Positions 49,139 through 62,592 are shown, counted from the stretch's first letter. The stretch is 64,000 bases of DNA from Azolla caroliniana (GCA_043228905.1 JBHGNT010000011.1:12586001-12650000), one strand, 5' to 3'. The notes: a model not told the origin generated them from the letters alone. Translations and numbers: made by a program.

Positions 49139-52100
49139 ATAAGTAATTGATTTCTTGAAGAACTAACATCTTGAGATCTTCGCATAAAATTGTTTGTCAC
49201 GCAATGTTTGTAAAACAAAGCGGACATGTTTAGCATGTTCTTGTAATGTATGGCTATAAACTAAAATATCATCCAAGAAAATAACGACAAATTTTCCAAG
49301 TTGTTCTCGGAAAATGTCATTCATTTCTTGTTGAAATGTAGCCAGAGCATTGGTCAAACCAAAAGGCATAACCAAAAACTCTTAATGGTCATAGCGCGTA
49401 CGAAATGCCATTTTAGGAACATCGTCCTCACTTATACAAATTTGATGGTAGCCAGTACGAAGATCAAGTTTTGTAAAATACCGAGGTCCCTGGAGACGGT
49501 CAATTAGATCGTCAACCCGGGGCAATGGATACGAATTCTTGATCGTCACTTTATTCAAGCGTCGGTAATTAATACACATACGCCATGTGCCCTCTTTCTT
49601 TTTAACCAAGAGAACTGGTGCACCCCATAGAGATTTACTATAACGTATATAACCCATTCGTAAATAGTCCTTGAGTTGCTTAGATACCTCATCCTCTTTG
49701 GATCGACTTAACCGATGAGGTATACTTATTGGTGCAACATCAAGTACAATATTTATACGATGGTCTATATTACGTTTAGGAGGTAACCCATCTGGTAGTT
49801 CACTCGGAAAAAACATCACGAAAATCATTTAAGATTTCATCAAGTTGTTGTTCAAAATATGTTAATTGAACTGATACATTATCGATATTGTAAACGTGAA
49901 TGTCCGGATCAAGTACACAATAAAATAGAGTAGAACAAGACAACTCGGATATTGATGGAGAGGAAACAATCAAGAGGGATTGTTTTTTTATACATTGAGT
50001 AAAATGAGTACAATCGTTCAGTACAAAAGTTATTGAATGATGAACCCAATCAATAGATAAAGACGAAGTTTTATTATAGAACCAGGGATAACCCAATATT
50101 ACATCAGTGGTACAAAGATTCATTACATGGAAGTCTACTTCCTCTATATAAGTATCAATAGAAATTCCTAATGAATGAATCACCTCGTTGATATATTGTA
50201 CTCTTCCATCAGCCAAGTGCACTGTATAGGTGTGATCACTTACGGTGGGTTGGATTCCCCGTATCTGAACCAAACGATCATTCACAAAGTTGTGTGAGCT
50301 TCCCGAATCAAAAAAAAATTGTACGGGAGATCCATTGATATACCCGTTTGCACGTAGTAAATCATTGGGACCCAATACATAGTGAGAGAAAGAACATTGA
50401 CAATTACTTAAATGATGTGTATAGACGTGAAGGACATTAGGAATCTGACCTTTGTGGTATGTAGCTTTAGCTTTGCTGTCGTGCTCTTTCCATTGGAGCT
50501 TTCGATAGTGCAGAATACGCAAAAAGGATGTTGTCGCTTACAATCGCGATCCATGAATTCGTTGGGTGTCTTGCGTTTCCGAATGAATTGCGACTGCTTA
50601 GTCCCGGGCGCTTCATTGGGTTTGTTGTGGTCCTTCTTTGATGTGCGTTGATAGCGAAGAACTATTTCAACGGCCTCTTTGAAGGATTTTGGATCCTTAT
50701 CGTGCACTATCCAGTGATAGTCCGAATTGGGGGTGCCATTGACAAAACAAGCTATTAACCAATTGTCCCCTTCTAGACCCGATTTTTGGATTTGGGTTCT
50801 AGCATGGTGGACATAATCTTCTAACGAGGAAAACTTCTTGCGAGAGAGGTTCATTAAAGCTTGAGCTGCCTCGGTTTGAGAGGGAGGTTACAAAAATTGG
50901 CCCTTGAAAACTGTGACAAAATCTGTCTAGGTATCAAGCATTTTTCCCAAAGTTCGGAGCCCACGTTCTCGGCCGACATATGCAATCTTCGTACTATCTG
51001 GCATGGGATAGAGCTCAAAATGAGACTCCCATCGGCCCAGCCACGTGCAGATTGCTTCTTCGGTTCTTTCCTTGTTTTCTCCCATAAATGGTTTAACGAC
51101 AAACGATGGTTCACCTTGTCGCTCATCAGGTCTATTAGTCTCACGTTGTAAGCTAATGACACGTGCCTTGAGAGCACTTTGAGATTGCCGAAGTTCGGTC
51201 ATCTGTTGAGCGGTGAAACTAAGGTATTGGCTTATTTGTGAAAAATACATCTCAATGGACATTTGTCTAGGAAGATTTCCTTGAGTTCCTTCCGCTTGAG
51301 CGGATGACATCGGGTCGTTATTTTGAGCCATTGAATGATTATTTCTGGCAAAGAAATAGGATAAGGTCAAACAAATAGTCATAACATCATGTCGTGATGT
51401 AAACATATCATGGGCAAACATTAATCGATATCATGATCTCACGTCAATACCTCTCTAGACGTATGAGATGAGGTTGAAGATCAGGTTACTATGGTAACAC
51501 AAAGGTGTTTTAAAAACCATGGGGGTGACAAATTAATGTCTTTCCCTGATCTCTATATCGATTTTCGGCTCTTTAAGTCCTATTACGAGGACCCCGAAGT
51601 GCACTTAGACCTCAAGTTTAAACATGTGTTATAGTCATATGTATCAATGATGTTATATAGTCTTAGTCATATTTGAACTCGAGACCTCAAGAACAAATGC
51701 ATTAAACACTTGAGCCAACCAAGTAGGTTGCTCTTCTTGAATGTTTAATATTTAATACGTATAAGAGATATGCGAGGCATTTGCCCATATATGTCTTTTT
51801 AAAAGAAACATATATGTCAAGAGTCCTTATTTCCCCCTCGTTTACCACAAACTTTGTTGGTACGTTACCTAACCTCAAGTCTCGTATTTACGATGGCAAA
51901 CGCCAAAGTGCAACCTAATGGTCAAGTTAAATGAGCCCTCTTTTCGTAGTAGGCCCACGTGGCCCATCACATGGTTATGTTATTACGAATGCCTTTCGTA
52001 AGACTGGTCTCATGGTGGCATCATATCCATGTAATGAGGGAGGGATGTTGGATATGTGTGTCATAAGAGCGACCTCGCATCAAGTGGGTCAAGCCCTACG

Positions 52101-52922
52101 TTCTCAACACCATTGTGGCTAATATTGTTTCATTACATAACGAAATTGAAGTCACCAATGGGGATGTCAGCAATAAAAATTTGTTGAAAAAGGGATGGTG
52201 ACAACGCCATTCTCACAAAAATGGGAGGACGGCCACCAAGATCCTTTCCCCAAAAAGGAAAACATTCAATATTGAAATCACGTAATAGCTTATATACACA
52301 TATGTATATTATCACATATATACGATCAAATACGTATACATGTGACCACATATGCATATATAAAAGAAATCATAATATAAAATAGCCAAAAATGATGTAA
52401 TCGAGATACGTAATCGAGGCATATACCCTCTACGCACACAAAACATCTAAAAAAATAAGGGTTAATCGTAATACGTAATTGAGGTATTGTCCTAATACGC
52501 ATACGACACCAAACACATATCATTTACATACAAATCAAGGTAATCACCTCATACGCAAACGTAACATATGTTTGTGAACGTAATACGTAATTGAGGTATT
52601 AACCTATTACGCATACGACACTAATCACATATTAAATATATGTCAAATGAGGTATTGACCTCGTGCACATATGTAAACGTTTTATATAACCCATTAATTA
52701 TCAGTACAACATCATTGAATTAATGAGAAAAAAATTACATATGACCATATACATGATTAAAAGGGAGAAGAAGAAATAGAAAAAAAAAACCAAGAAAGAT
52801 TACCGAAGTTCCTTTGTTGATCGTTGTTTGGAACAAGGTCGACCATACGTTGATTGATCGCCATCCATCAAGAAGACAAAACCAACAAAAGAAACATTAG
52901 AACCATAAGCTCTGAAACCAGC

Positions 52923-53374
52923 TATTAGAGATATGCCCTAATGTAAGCATATGATAAGGATAAAACAATGATTGATAGAAAGGAGAGAGAGAAAGAAGAA
53001 TGTTGATCCACCAGACCACCCCCAAGCGAAGGGAATGAGACAGACTCGAGCCTCGATCGGCATCCCATACCACTGTCGTGGCGTCGAGTCGTACCTGGTG
53101 TTGGCGCGCTCGCTACAATAGTTGAACCACCACAAAACAGAGTCTCGACATAGTCAAAAAAAGATGAAATGAGGGTAGTTAGGCCTCTTATTTATAGCGA
53201 TACCCAAGGCCCCCAGGCAAGTTCACACTTGGCCTAATGGATTGTCTCAATCTTGAGGATTAAAAGTAATCCTCCCCTTCTTTACACTCTCGTTTAACCC
53301 TCACACTTATCCACGTGTATAGAATACTACGGTAAATTCTCACCACGGGATATTATATGGTCATGCCCGTAACA
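52923..53374 (-). repeat. 5' LTR of G
   Basis: Matches 22513-22956; adjacent PBS; TSD GGTTA at 53375-53379. Confidence 0.93.
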
Positions 53375-53797
53375 GGTTAGTCCTTCAAAAACTTAAGGAC
53401 TGAACTTTAATGTATTTTGTTTGCTAACTAATGCGAAACAGTGTTTTTTTGGTGAGAAAAAAAAGTAGAATTGTATAATAAAGTTATAAATGTAGAAGAC
53501 AAATGTTATTTGCGTTGAATTTAAACATGCTAGTGTTTTTCCCTCATTTTAATAGCATATCTTTGTTTCATCTTTACAATCCCCCTATGTTTGAAAATAT
53601 GTGTATTCTATGTCGTAGTAAGAGGCCAAAAGCCTCAAATAATGACACTAAGAGTTTGGGGTCAAAATATAATATGCTTTGGTGGATGATAGTTCTAGAG
53701 AGAGACTTGTTTTTTTTCAATGACTATAGAGGAAATGAGAGTAGCCTACTATAATGTTAAATTCACTTTATTGACCTATGAAATGGGTGCTAATGTC

Positions 53798-54105
53798 ACT
53801 ACATACATTAGTTTTCTCACTACATACATTAATTTTCAAACTTATAAGTTGTGTGTTTGTATATGTTTCTTTGTGCCTTTCTAATCATCTATTTAATTAA
53901 CATTGTTTCTTTATATGTACATCTTTCTTTGAATTTACATGTTTCTTCTTGACTACATACATTAGTTTTCTCACTACATACATTAATTTTCAAACTTATA
54001 AGTTTGTGCATCGGTATATGTTTCTTTGTGCCTTTCTAATCATCAATTGAATTAACATTGTTTCTTTTTATGTACATCTTTCTTTGAATTTACATGTTTC
54101 TTCTT
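53798..54105. repeat. 2 x ~154-bp tandem duplication
   Basis: ACTACATACATTAGTTTTCTCAC at ~53798 and ~53952. Confidence 0.85.
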
Positions 54106-54607
54106 GTTGCGTAGAAGGAGAAAATAGGGCTCCCTATACATATGTAACGGAGGATAAGTAAAATGTTGGGTTCTCAAAAATGGCTCTTTCGTGGAAACAT
54201 CATTGCTTCTCTACAAAGTGTCAACATCGTTGCAAATCCACAAAAGAGTTTGAAAACATTTAGAAGCATTGAGATAAAACAGCAGAGCACGAGAAAGAAC
54301 AGGAGTGGCGGAGCAGGAGTTGAAGTGTGTCCCTGTGAGAGGTGAAGCAAGAACAAAGCAAGATCAGGGTTGAATCGTGTCGACCTGCCAATGCAGAGCG
54401 GAGGTATGCAGATGTGGGGCACACATATCCCCCCTTCCATCACACCCTCTGCAAGTCTTGCCACATCCTGCAGACGTCCTACAGTCGATGGTTGTCACAA
54501 CCTCCTCGTCGCCGCTGCCGACGACTCTTCACCAGCCTGCTCAATTAGGGTTCCCCCCCCACCCCCTCAAAGTTCGAGGAGTGGGACTAAAAAAGAAAGT
54601 TTGACTA

Positions 54608-55062
54608 GTGCAACTGCTTGGTAAAGATTTCTATCAATTCATCCTAGAGTACCAGGATTCCGCAACGAACCTCATAGAAATGTCTCCCTACCAGGTATCT
54701 ACGGTTACATTATGGATATTATGGAAGTATCGTTGTAAAAGACGATATGCGTCCATAATTCCTCTTCTCTCAGATATATTGCCTGAATTATGGGGGAGCT
54801 TATTGGCGGTTGTGTGGGGGCAATATGACAATATGTCAAGCTCTTCAGAGGTTGTTCTAAAAGAAAGGAAAAAATTACTACAATTATGGAGGAAGTTGCC
54901 TCTGTTCACAGTGTCCTCTAAAGGACCATTATGGAGATATCAACACCCCTGGTCCTTGTCCTGACCAATTCTTTTGTAAATAATACTCTCTGATTTTACA
55001 TTTGTGTAGCCCTCTGGCACTTTTCTTAATACTAATGAAGGAAATCTTTTTGAAAAAAATAA
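54608..55062 (+). mobile_element. 5'-truncated LINE 3' end
   Basis: LWILWKYRC...GPLWRYQHPW, followed by a short UTR and an A-rich tail at ~55052. Confidence 0.6.
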
Positions 55063-55069
55063 AATATAT

Positions 55070-58020
55070 ATGTCTCCCTGCCAGGTCCGAAACACATGGA
55101 TGTTCATGCGTAAATGGACACATGGTTTTAACCCAAAGAAGGCCGCACAACATGATGAGTCCATGAAAAAGGTAACAATGTTGTTTCTTGGCTTATCCTT
55201 AGAATATTGCATGTTACTTCCTACTATTGGAAACTCCTTCAGTATGATGTTGGCCGAGGATCTATTGTTAGCGGACAGACTAAAGAAGCACCTAGGCCCT
55301 CCCTCTATACGCCTTTTGGTGCAGGACATCGATACACTTCCTTCCAAGATCTATATCCCTGGAAAAAACAGAATGCAGATTGAACAACGCATAGAAGTTA
55401 TTGGCACACCGAGGCAATGCTTTGCATGCAAAAAACATGGTCATTTCAAAATGAACTGCCCCACGAGAGGCATTAAAGATTCCACCAATGAGACCCTGGA
55501 AGGTTGTGACACCATAGGACATCAGAGGCCTCCCCCACCAAGACCCGATAAGGTTGTGATGGAGTAACAAGTGTTGGGGAAAACTCATGTCCTACGCAAA
55601 ACTCCACAGTCACAAAATCCTCTATCGCCTCTGAGTCCAAATCAATTTGATCTGTTACAAGAGGTCCACCCCACTGATGAACACTCCCCTAGTACTTTCT
55701 TAAGCCCCAAGGAAAGGCCTAAGGTGACTCCAAGCACACAAGAGAAAGTTCTCATTAAAGCTTATAAAACAGGGAAGCAACGAAGGATAAGTCATGTTGA
55801 GACCCTAATGTGGAGCTTGAGCGGAATTGCATCCAATGGAGAAGCAACAAACCAAGGCACAAGTCTAAATGTCACCCCTTAGATCATAGTCTTCCTAGAC
55901 ACAAATGAGTGTGATACCTCTAGTCGAGACCTTGAACTACACCCACAAAACGCCTTAACATAGTTAGGTATAGGACACACGATAGTGGACAAAATAAGGG
56001 TACATGTATCGGAGGTACACAATAATGGAGCACCGACAACCTCAATCTCCTTTCCACTCTTGCTTCTACCACAGGAAGCCTGGTCCAAGTCCAAGATTAA
56101 AGATATGCTATGTGGCCAAGAAGCATGTTTTGTAATAGGAATATGAGATGAAGACCTCATGAATGAACTAAAGAAGCACTGGAATAACGTAGAATTATGG
56201 TGCACCATGGATAAAGAGGACCCTCACGTCTGCTACATCCACCTGCGGACTATCATAGACACTCAGCTAACTCCAGGCTCCAGGCTCCAGACTTTTTCTA
56301 TTTCTATGAGAAGTAAGAAGGGGATATTGAAGCTCACTGGATAGCCCACAAACCCCAATCATGGATTTGGACCATCATTCCATCAATGCAAATGAATGGG
56401 TGTCTAAATGGTGAGTGCAAAGCATCAGGAACACATGGCAACCTCCCACCCCATTCCATGATTATGAATGTTGTACCATGGAACGTGCAAGGGCTCAAGA
56501 GTCGATTAGACCAACAAAACAGATGGAAATTGAGAAGGGATCTTGAGGAATATATATTAGGGGGTGTTGCTGACATCATCATGTTGTAGGAACACCACCT
56601 CAATAGTACCTGCTCAAAGGAAGTCGGAGACCTACCAAGATCATGGCGAACAATTTGGGAGCCAGCAATAGGGGAGGATGGAAATCATGGTGGTATTTGC
56701 ACTTTGATTCGGGAGCATCTAGCCCAAGGCTTAATACACCAGGAATCACTTATACCTGGTAGGGTGCATTTTTGCACATTGGCCATCCAAGGGCAACGCT
56801 AGAATTTCATGAATGTTTATGCTCCAAATAGCAGAACAGAAAGGGCAACATTTGGGGAGCACATCTGCCTACAAGTAGGGGGGTGAGGAGTGGTGCATTG
56901 GAGGGGATTTTAATATGATCGAATCCCTTCACGATACCTCTAACAACAATATCATAGTTCTCCAAGGAATGGAACATAAATAGTGGGAGAAGTTATGTGC
57001 CCACCTTAACCTGTGAGATATATAGCATTCAGAAAACTTCCAACGAAAAAGGGACTCTCTCTTATTTTCCCGATCAGATGGGCAGAATAGTGGACCCACC
57101 CTATCTCGCATCGACCGTATTTATGTAGGTGAGGCCCTAGAAGCAAAGTGAGGATGGTGTCGCATAACTCCAGGAATGACTTTCTTCGACCATTACCCGA
57201 TAATTGGTCATTTTCAATTGCACCAAAAGTGGGGTCTATTCCAACCTCAAATTCTGCACACTATTTACAAAGTTACAAAGGTGAAGGAACAACTCACCAC
57301 CCAATGGTCATTACCCGTCAATGACTCATCAACATCCGAGAAACTTCTAATTAACTAACAAGTGGTTCAAATCTATTACACAAGATCGTCAAGACCAGAA
57401 GTAAGGATGCTCAGGAAAAGCGAGATCTGAGGACAAAATAGGGACTGATTGCCTTACAACGACTCCAATAGAGATACCCGTCATGTAGCTAGATCATGGG
57501 ACAGATTGCCATGGCCAAACAAGAACTCATCATGGCCGAAAAGGCAATCTATGACATGGAGTTTCATGGAAGCATGGCTCACGAGATTCGAGTAGGGGAC
57601 AAAACCATGAAGGAATTCTTTTGATCCAAGGGACCGAGGCACGCTAGAACAGTGATGTGACCCTCAACCAAGAGCCTCAGGATGGAATGACCACTGAGGA
57701 TGGCGAAGAAATGAGGAATATCTCCACAACCTACTATAAGCGACTACTTACCGAAGATGGTATGGCCATAGGGGAAGACACAAGAGAAGATACTATCCTC
57801 CAGAGCATACCCCAGAAAGTCACTACGGAAATGAATACATGGCTCACGCGTCCCCTAGCAATCATCGAGATATGGGAGGCCCTCTCCAAGTTGGATGCAA
57901 ATAGTTGCCCCGGAATCAATGGCATCACCCCCTCCTTCTTCACGAGCCTTTGGGACACTATTAAAGAAGACCTCCTCTAGGCATATGAGGAGATCATCAC
58001 CTCTGGAAACATGCCAGAGG
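55070..58020 (+). mobile_element. Decayed L1-like LINE (ORF1 knuckle, APE endonuclease, pre-RT region)
   Basis: CFACKKHGHFKMNC; WNVQGL, NVYAPN, GGDFN, SRIDRIY, DHYPI; SCPGINGITPSFF. Confidence 0.85.
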
Positions 58021-58021
58021 A

Positions 58022-59164
58022 ATTTGGACCAGCATATCTCTCATCGTTGACTTCCACAATGAACAATTGGAGCCGGTTAGCTTGAATATTCCACCAAAAT
58101 GTTCATCCATTTTCTTTCACTTGAAGGTCATGAACCTTTCACTCTGGTACCAGTTTGTTGAATATGGGATCGGCCACAACCGATTCTCACTAACAACTGG
58201 AAATCAAAGACCAGAAAATGAATACACAAACAAGAGGACATGTTAGGATGTTTACGTGGAAAACCCTGAAAGGGAAAAACCACGAAAGCCCACAGACTCT
58301 GAACTGTTACACAATGTATGAGAGGATACAAGGAGACTCACGGGCAACAACCTCAAGCTCGTCTTCGTCGAACAGACGGTTACAACAAAGTTACTTCTAA
58401 CTCTCTCTCTTCTCTTCGTTACTAAGGCAACTACCAACAACAACTTTGTATCAACAATTATCATAATAAACATCCCTAACTACTTGCCCCAAGTATATTT
58501 ATGCTCATGTTCAGATATGACTATTTACAAATCTTGCCTCGAGTTGGTGTCGCAGACATGAGGACAGTCATGTCAAGATTCGAACTCTTCACCTCTTGTA
58601 TGTAGTCAAGTGTTATGTTCTAACTAACACATCCAAATACATGGTCATATTATTCATATCTTAGTAGATTATTAGTGGATTATCTATTCCAAGTTCTAGG
58701 AGTTTTTATAAGCTTCCAGAAAGTCCAAAAGCTTCTACATGAAAATGGGTCGATGCATGGAACTACATGTAGAGCCCACAAACATGTATAAATACTTGTA
58801 ACTTCCTTGGTCCCTTTCAAGGGATTCAACACCAGTCATTGACACATCAATCTAGTATTCTTGTTTAGCCCCATCTTCTCTCCTTGATTTACATCTTTGT
58901 CTTTATGCTCTTGTATTGTTCCTAGCATCTTAAGTTCCTCATGTCGTCGCCCCCAACTTCCCAAGTTTCTAGCCTCATCACGTCGAGTTCCACGTTTGTA
59001 ACCTTATCGGTAGTAGCCCCTTCATCTGTGCTTTGTCATAGTCTAGGGTTGGTGTGTCTATGACAGTTGGCTATCGACTGATTCGGCTTATCTCACAAGT
59101 TGCTACTCAATCCACTTCATCCGACTTGTCTTCTTCTCATCCGGAGTGACCAGTATTCCCAACA
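58022..59164 (-). mobile_element. 5' fragment of a Copia related to C (LTR 58156-59164, PBS, gag start 58110)
   Basis: MDEHFGGIFKLTGSNCSLWKSTMRDMLV resembles C gag MDDSLGGMFKLTDSNYSVWKSKMRDMLV; minus-strand TGGTACCAGAG. Confidence 0.8.
58548..59065 (+). mobile_element. Solo LTR (518 bp) with an antisense tRNA-like cassette at ~58567-58634
   Basis: TGTC...GACA; TSD GTTGG (58543-58547, 59066-59070); TATAAATA ~58787; minus-strand AGAGTTCGAATCTT. Confidence 0.85.
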
Positions 59165-59379
59165 ATTCTCTTGTCAACAAGTCGAGGTTGATATTTGACA
59201 CTATCAAACAAGGGACTATGAGAGAGTTCACAGGGCCGGCTCGCAACCACAAGGGACTTGTGAGAAAGGTTGCCGTTGGATTGAATTAAGGAGCCATTAT
59301 CGAATGGGAGTTAGACGAGATTGGATTTAAGGAGATATCTCTCTAATCCAAGAAAAGTCTCATTGGGATGCTATAAAAT

Positions 59380-60516
59380 GGATCTTTAGATCTTTCAGAG
59401 GTACAATTTTATGTTTTGGAGATTCTAAACCAAGGTTTTTCATATGCAGACATGCTAGAGGATCTTGATGGGAGAAAATCTACTTCTACTTACCAGTTTA
59501 CTTTTGTAGCACGGGAGTCGTATCATGGCAATCTAAGTTACAAAAGTGTATTGCTTTGTCTATTGCAAAAGTAGATTCATAAATTGCAACGACTAATGAT
59601 GGCAAAGAGATGCTTGGATGAAAAGGTTTGTTTCGGAATTAGGTTTGAATCAACTCACTTATGTGATCTTTTGTGATAGCCAAAGCCCAATAGATTTGAG
59701 CAAGAACTCGATGTATCATTCTCACGTTGATGTGAGGTATCACTAGAGGTGACACTCAGCAATTGAAGGCCAACTATTACAACTTAAGAAAATTCACATG
59801 GATGACAATGTTGTTGACATGTTGACGAAGGCAATCTCTAAAGAAAAGCTTGGGCTATGTGCCAAGCTTGTTGGATTGGATGCAAACTAAGTGGCTCGAT
59901 GAAATATTCTCTTAAGTGGCTAGATGGGGAAATTGTTAGCATTTCTGGCCACAATATTTGGGTGGGTTGATGGGCCCTAGACACCCAAATGTTATCACTT
60001 TTAAATACAACGTGAAAGGGCTCAGCTTTATATGTATTTACACATCTATACACACTTTTTGAAAGTGAGATGAGGGGAAACAAGAATTTATCTGTTGTAG
60101 AGAAACTTAGATTCTTGGAGAGCTCACACTCTCATTGGCCTACTCCATCAACGCTTGAACGTCGACATTTCAGACATTGTCGCCTCCGTCACCAACCACA
60201 TTATGTGAGCCTTTGGTGGTGGTTTTTGTGTCTTATTAGTTGGGTTTAAGTTGTTATAGGAAAATTTACATTCCGCATTTCATAATACTCTAAAATATTT
60301 AGAGTAGAGCTTCGGTGTACAAGTTTATAAGTTGATAGTGAATGGTTTCTAGACTAGGTCTTGTGGTTTTTACCTCCTTAAGGGTTTTCCGCATTCAAAA
60401 TTTTGTGGTGTATCATGCAAGGATTTTGTTGTGTATCTTGTTGTTTTTCTTGAATAATTTGCACAAAATAATCTTTGTCTCATATAAGTGGTCAAGTGCT
60501 ATCAAGATTCCAATCA
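59380..60516 (+). mobile_element. Old Copia 3' remnant (RNase H end, PPT, probable LTR from 59934)
   Basis: KKIHMDDNVVDMLTKAISKEKL; AGATGGGGAAAT then TGTTAG; right end uncertain. Confidence 0.6.
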
Positions 60517-61457
60517 CATATTGCATATGTTACACCAAACTACAAAATCATCAAGTCTTCTTTGAACAAACAATGCACACTCATCCATACATGTTAGAGC
60601 TCTTCCCTTTGTATGTAATCCACACCATTGCTTCAATACAATGTAGCTCACTTTCTCTTTGATGTGGTATGGGACATTGTTAGGACACATATAATGAGAC
60701 TCATCAACAATGCACATTTTTCCATGATCATGTTCATGCTTCTAAATATTGCACTATTCTAAAATAAACTTCCACCATATTTATCACATTTGAATTGGCT
60801 TTCCTCACACTTTCAAGTTGGATATATCCCTCACTTGCAATGTATGCAATCTATTATAACACTCATAATTAGAAAGACATTTGTGCATTCAAAGTCAATA
60901 ATCAACTCCCAAGCTCATGTTTGCATTCTGAGAATCATAATAGAAATCTTATGTCTATTTATATAAATATAGTATTTATTGCAACAATGTGGTAGTCCAA
61001 TAATACGTGGATCTACATGTATGAAACCTACATCACTTTGCGAAGATTTAAAGCATCGTCAAGTGTTTATTGGGTTAGATTCTCTTGTTTGCAAGTGGAG
61101 GTTGATATTTGAAACCATCAAACAAGGGACCTATGAGAGAGTTCATAGGGCATGCCCGAACATGTTACTAGTGATCACATATTGTAATGTAATGTTTGGC
61201 CCCTATAATTTGCATAATTTGGATTAAAGTCAGGGATGCCCATTGTCAAAGGTATACACTACTAGAAGGAACACACATTGAGTATTATTGGTTTGCATGA
61301 AAGACACTAATGCACTCTCAACATGTTTCTCTCATCATGGGCATTGATCAATGTCAGCGAAATTAATTTCGTACCACAGGCAAATACCCTAGTCTACAAA
61401 GTCCAAAAGATAAGATTAGGACAATATGGGATCCCTCATAATTGTCCATGTACATGA

Positions 61458-61720
61458 CACATGTATGTTTATAGGCATGAACTTGGTTGTTATGTTAATG
61501 TTGGAGAAAAAATCATCAGTTTACAAGTGTCCATGAGACATGTATGTTTATAGGCATGAACTTGATTGTCATGTTAATCTTGGAGAAAAAATCATCATGA
61601 ACTTGATTGTTATGTTAATCTTGGAGAAAAAATCATCATTTACAACTGTCCATGTACTGTGTACATTTATAGGCATGAACTTGGTTGTTATGTTAATGTT
61701 GGAGAAAAAATCATCATTTA
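61458..61720. repeat. Irregular tandem repeat (4 copies of a ~42-bp core)
   Basis: CATGAACTTGRTTGTYATGTTAATSTTGGAGAAAAAATCATCA repeated. Confidence 0.8.
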
Positions 61721-62019
61721 TAGACATATCAAAATGAGGGAGACCAATAAATGGTCCTTTTTTGTTTTTTCCGAGTGGATTTGGATTGGATTAAGGAGCA
61801 AGGATCCTCCGAGTGGGAAATAGGCGAGATTGGATTTAAGGAGCCATTGGCGAGTGAGGGAAATAGGAGAGACGATGCACGATCGAAACTCGGGGTGTGT
61901 GTTTGAATGGATGGGGGCGGGGTTCCCCCCGAAATGGATAGGGGTAAGTACGTAAGTAGTACATAAGTTAAGTCGTGTGTGGGCAAGGGTGGGCCTTGTT
62001 CTCGGAGTTATTCTTGGAA

Positions 62020-62592
62020 TCAATGTGAGTAGTCATTATTGGAATGGAGTGAGTATTCTACTACTTCATGGATGGTGCCCAAGGAGGGCTTCCAAACAGA
62101 AGAAGATGGAGGAGGAGCCTGAGGAGGAGCCTGAGGAGCCTGAGTAGCCTGAGGAGGAGCCTGAGGAAGGGTATGGTTGGCATGTGGCCCTGCTGAAGAC
62201 GGCAGGATATGGTGAATCTGGAATATTTGCGTGGGGAGCAGGAAATAGGTGAAGCCGATCTGCAGCACATCGTGCACGGCCAGGTGCGGGGGCCGCCGCA
62301 GAAGAATCGACTCCTTCTCCTCCAATTTTCCTGCTCCTGATCTACTACTCCCATTATCATCATCATCTCCTCCTCCGATGAGAGCAGTGAAGCTGCTCAG
62401 ATCCTGCGACTCGCAGATGATGAAGGCGTCCCATTGGTACGCCGCCTCCTGCATCACCTCCTCCGCCTTCACCGCCCTCTTGAATTCCTGCACATGCCCG
62501 TCGCAGAACACGAGCCGCGCCCTCTCCCTGCCTCCCCCATCTGACCTCCTCCTCCTCCTCACCATTCCGCAGCTCATCATTGAGTTCCCCAT
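62020..62592 (-). CDS. PADRE / DUF4228 family protein, 190 aa, intronless
   Basis: MGNSMMSC (myristoylation/palmitoylation-like start), LVFCDGHVQEF...VKAEEVM, LQIGFTYFLLP, C-terminal WKPSLGTIHE. Confidence 0.9.
   Translation of the reverse strand: MGNSMMSCGMVRRRRRSDGGGRERARLVFCDGHVQEFKRAVKAEEVMQEAAYQWDAFIICESQDLSSFTALIGGGDDDDNGSSRSGAGKLEEKESILLRRPPHLAVHDVLQIGFTYFLLPTQIFQIHHILPSSAGPHANHTLPQAPPQATQAPQAPPQAPPPSSSVWKPSLGTIHEVVEYSLHSNNDYSH

Larger units (their letters stand above)
22513..53374 (-). mobile_element. Chromoviral Ty3/Gypsy element G, host of D, C and A2
   Basis: LTRs 22513-22956 and 52923-53374; TSD GGTTA; Met-type PBS 52909-52920; PPT ~22959-22970; gag 50408-51421, PR 49800-50522, RT 49144-49828, RH 42957-43508, IN 30380-31255 and 23067-23661, chromodomain-like FKIKWMDKSIKDATWE at ~23030-23085. 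Confidence 0.93.
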
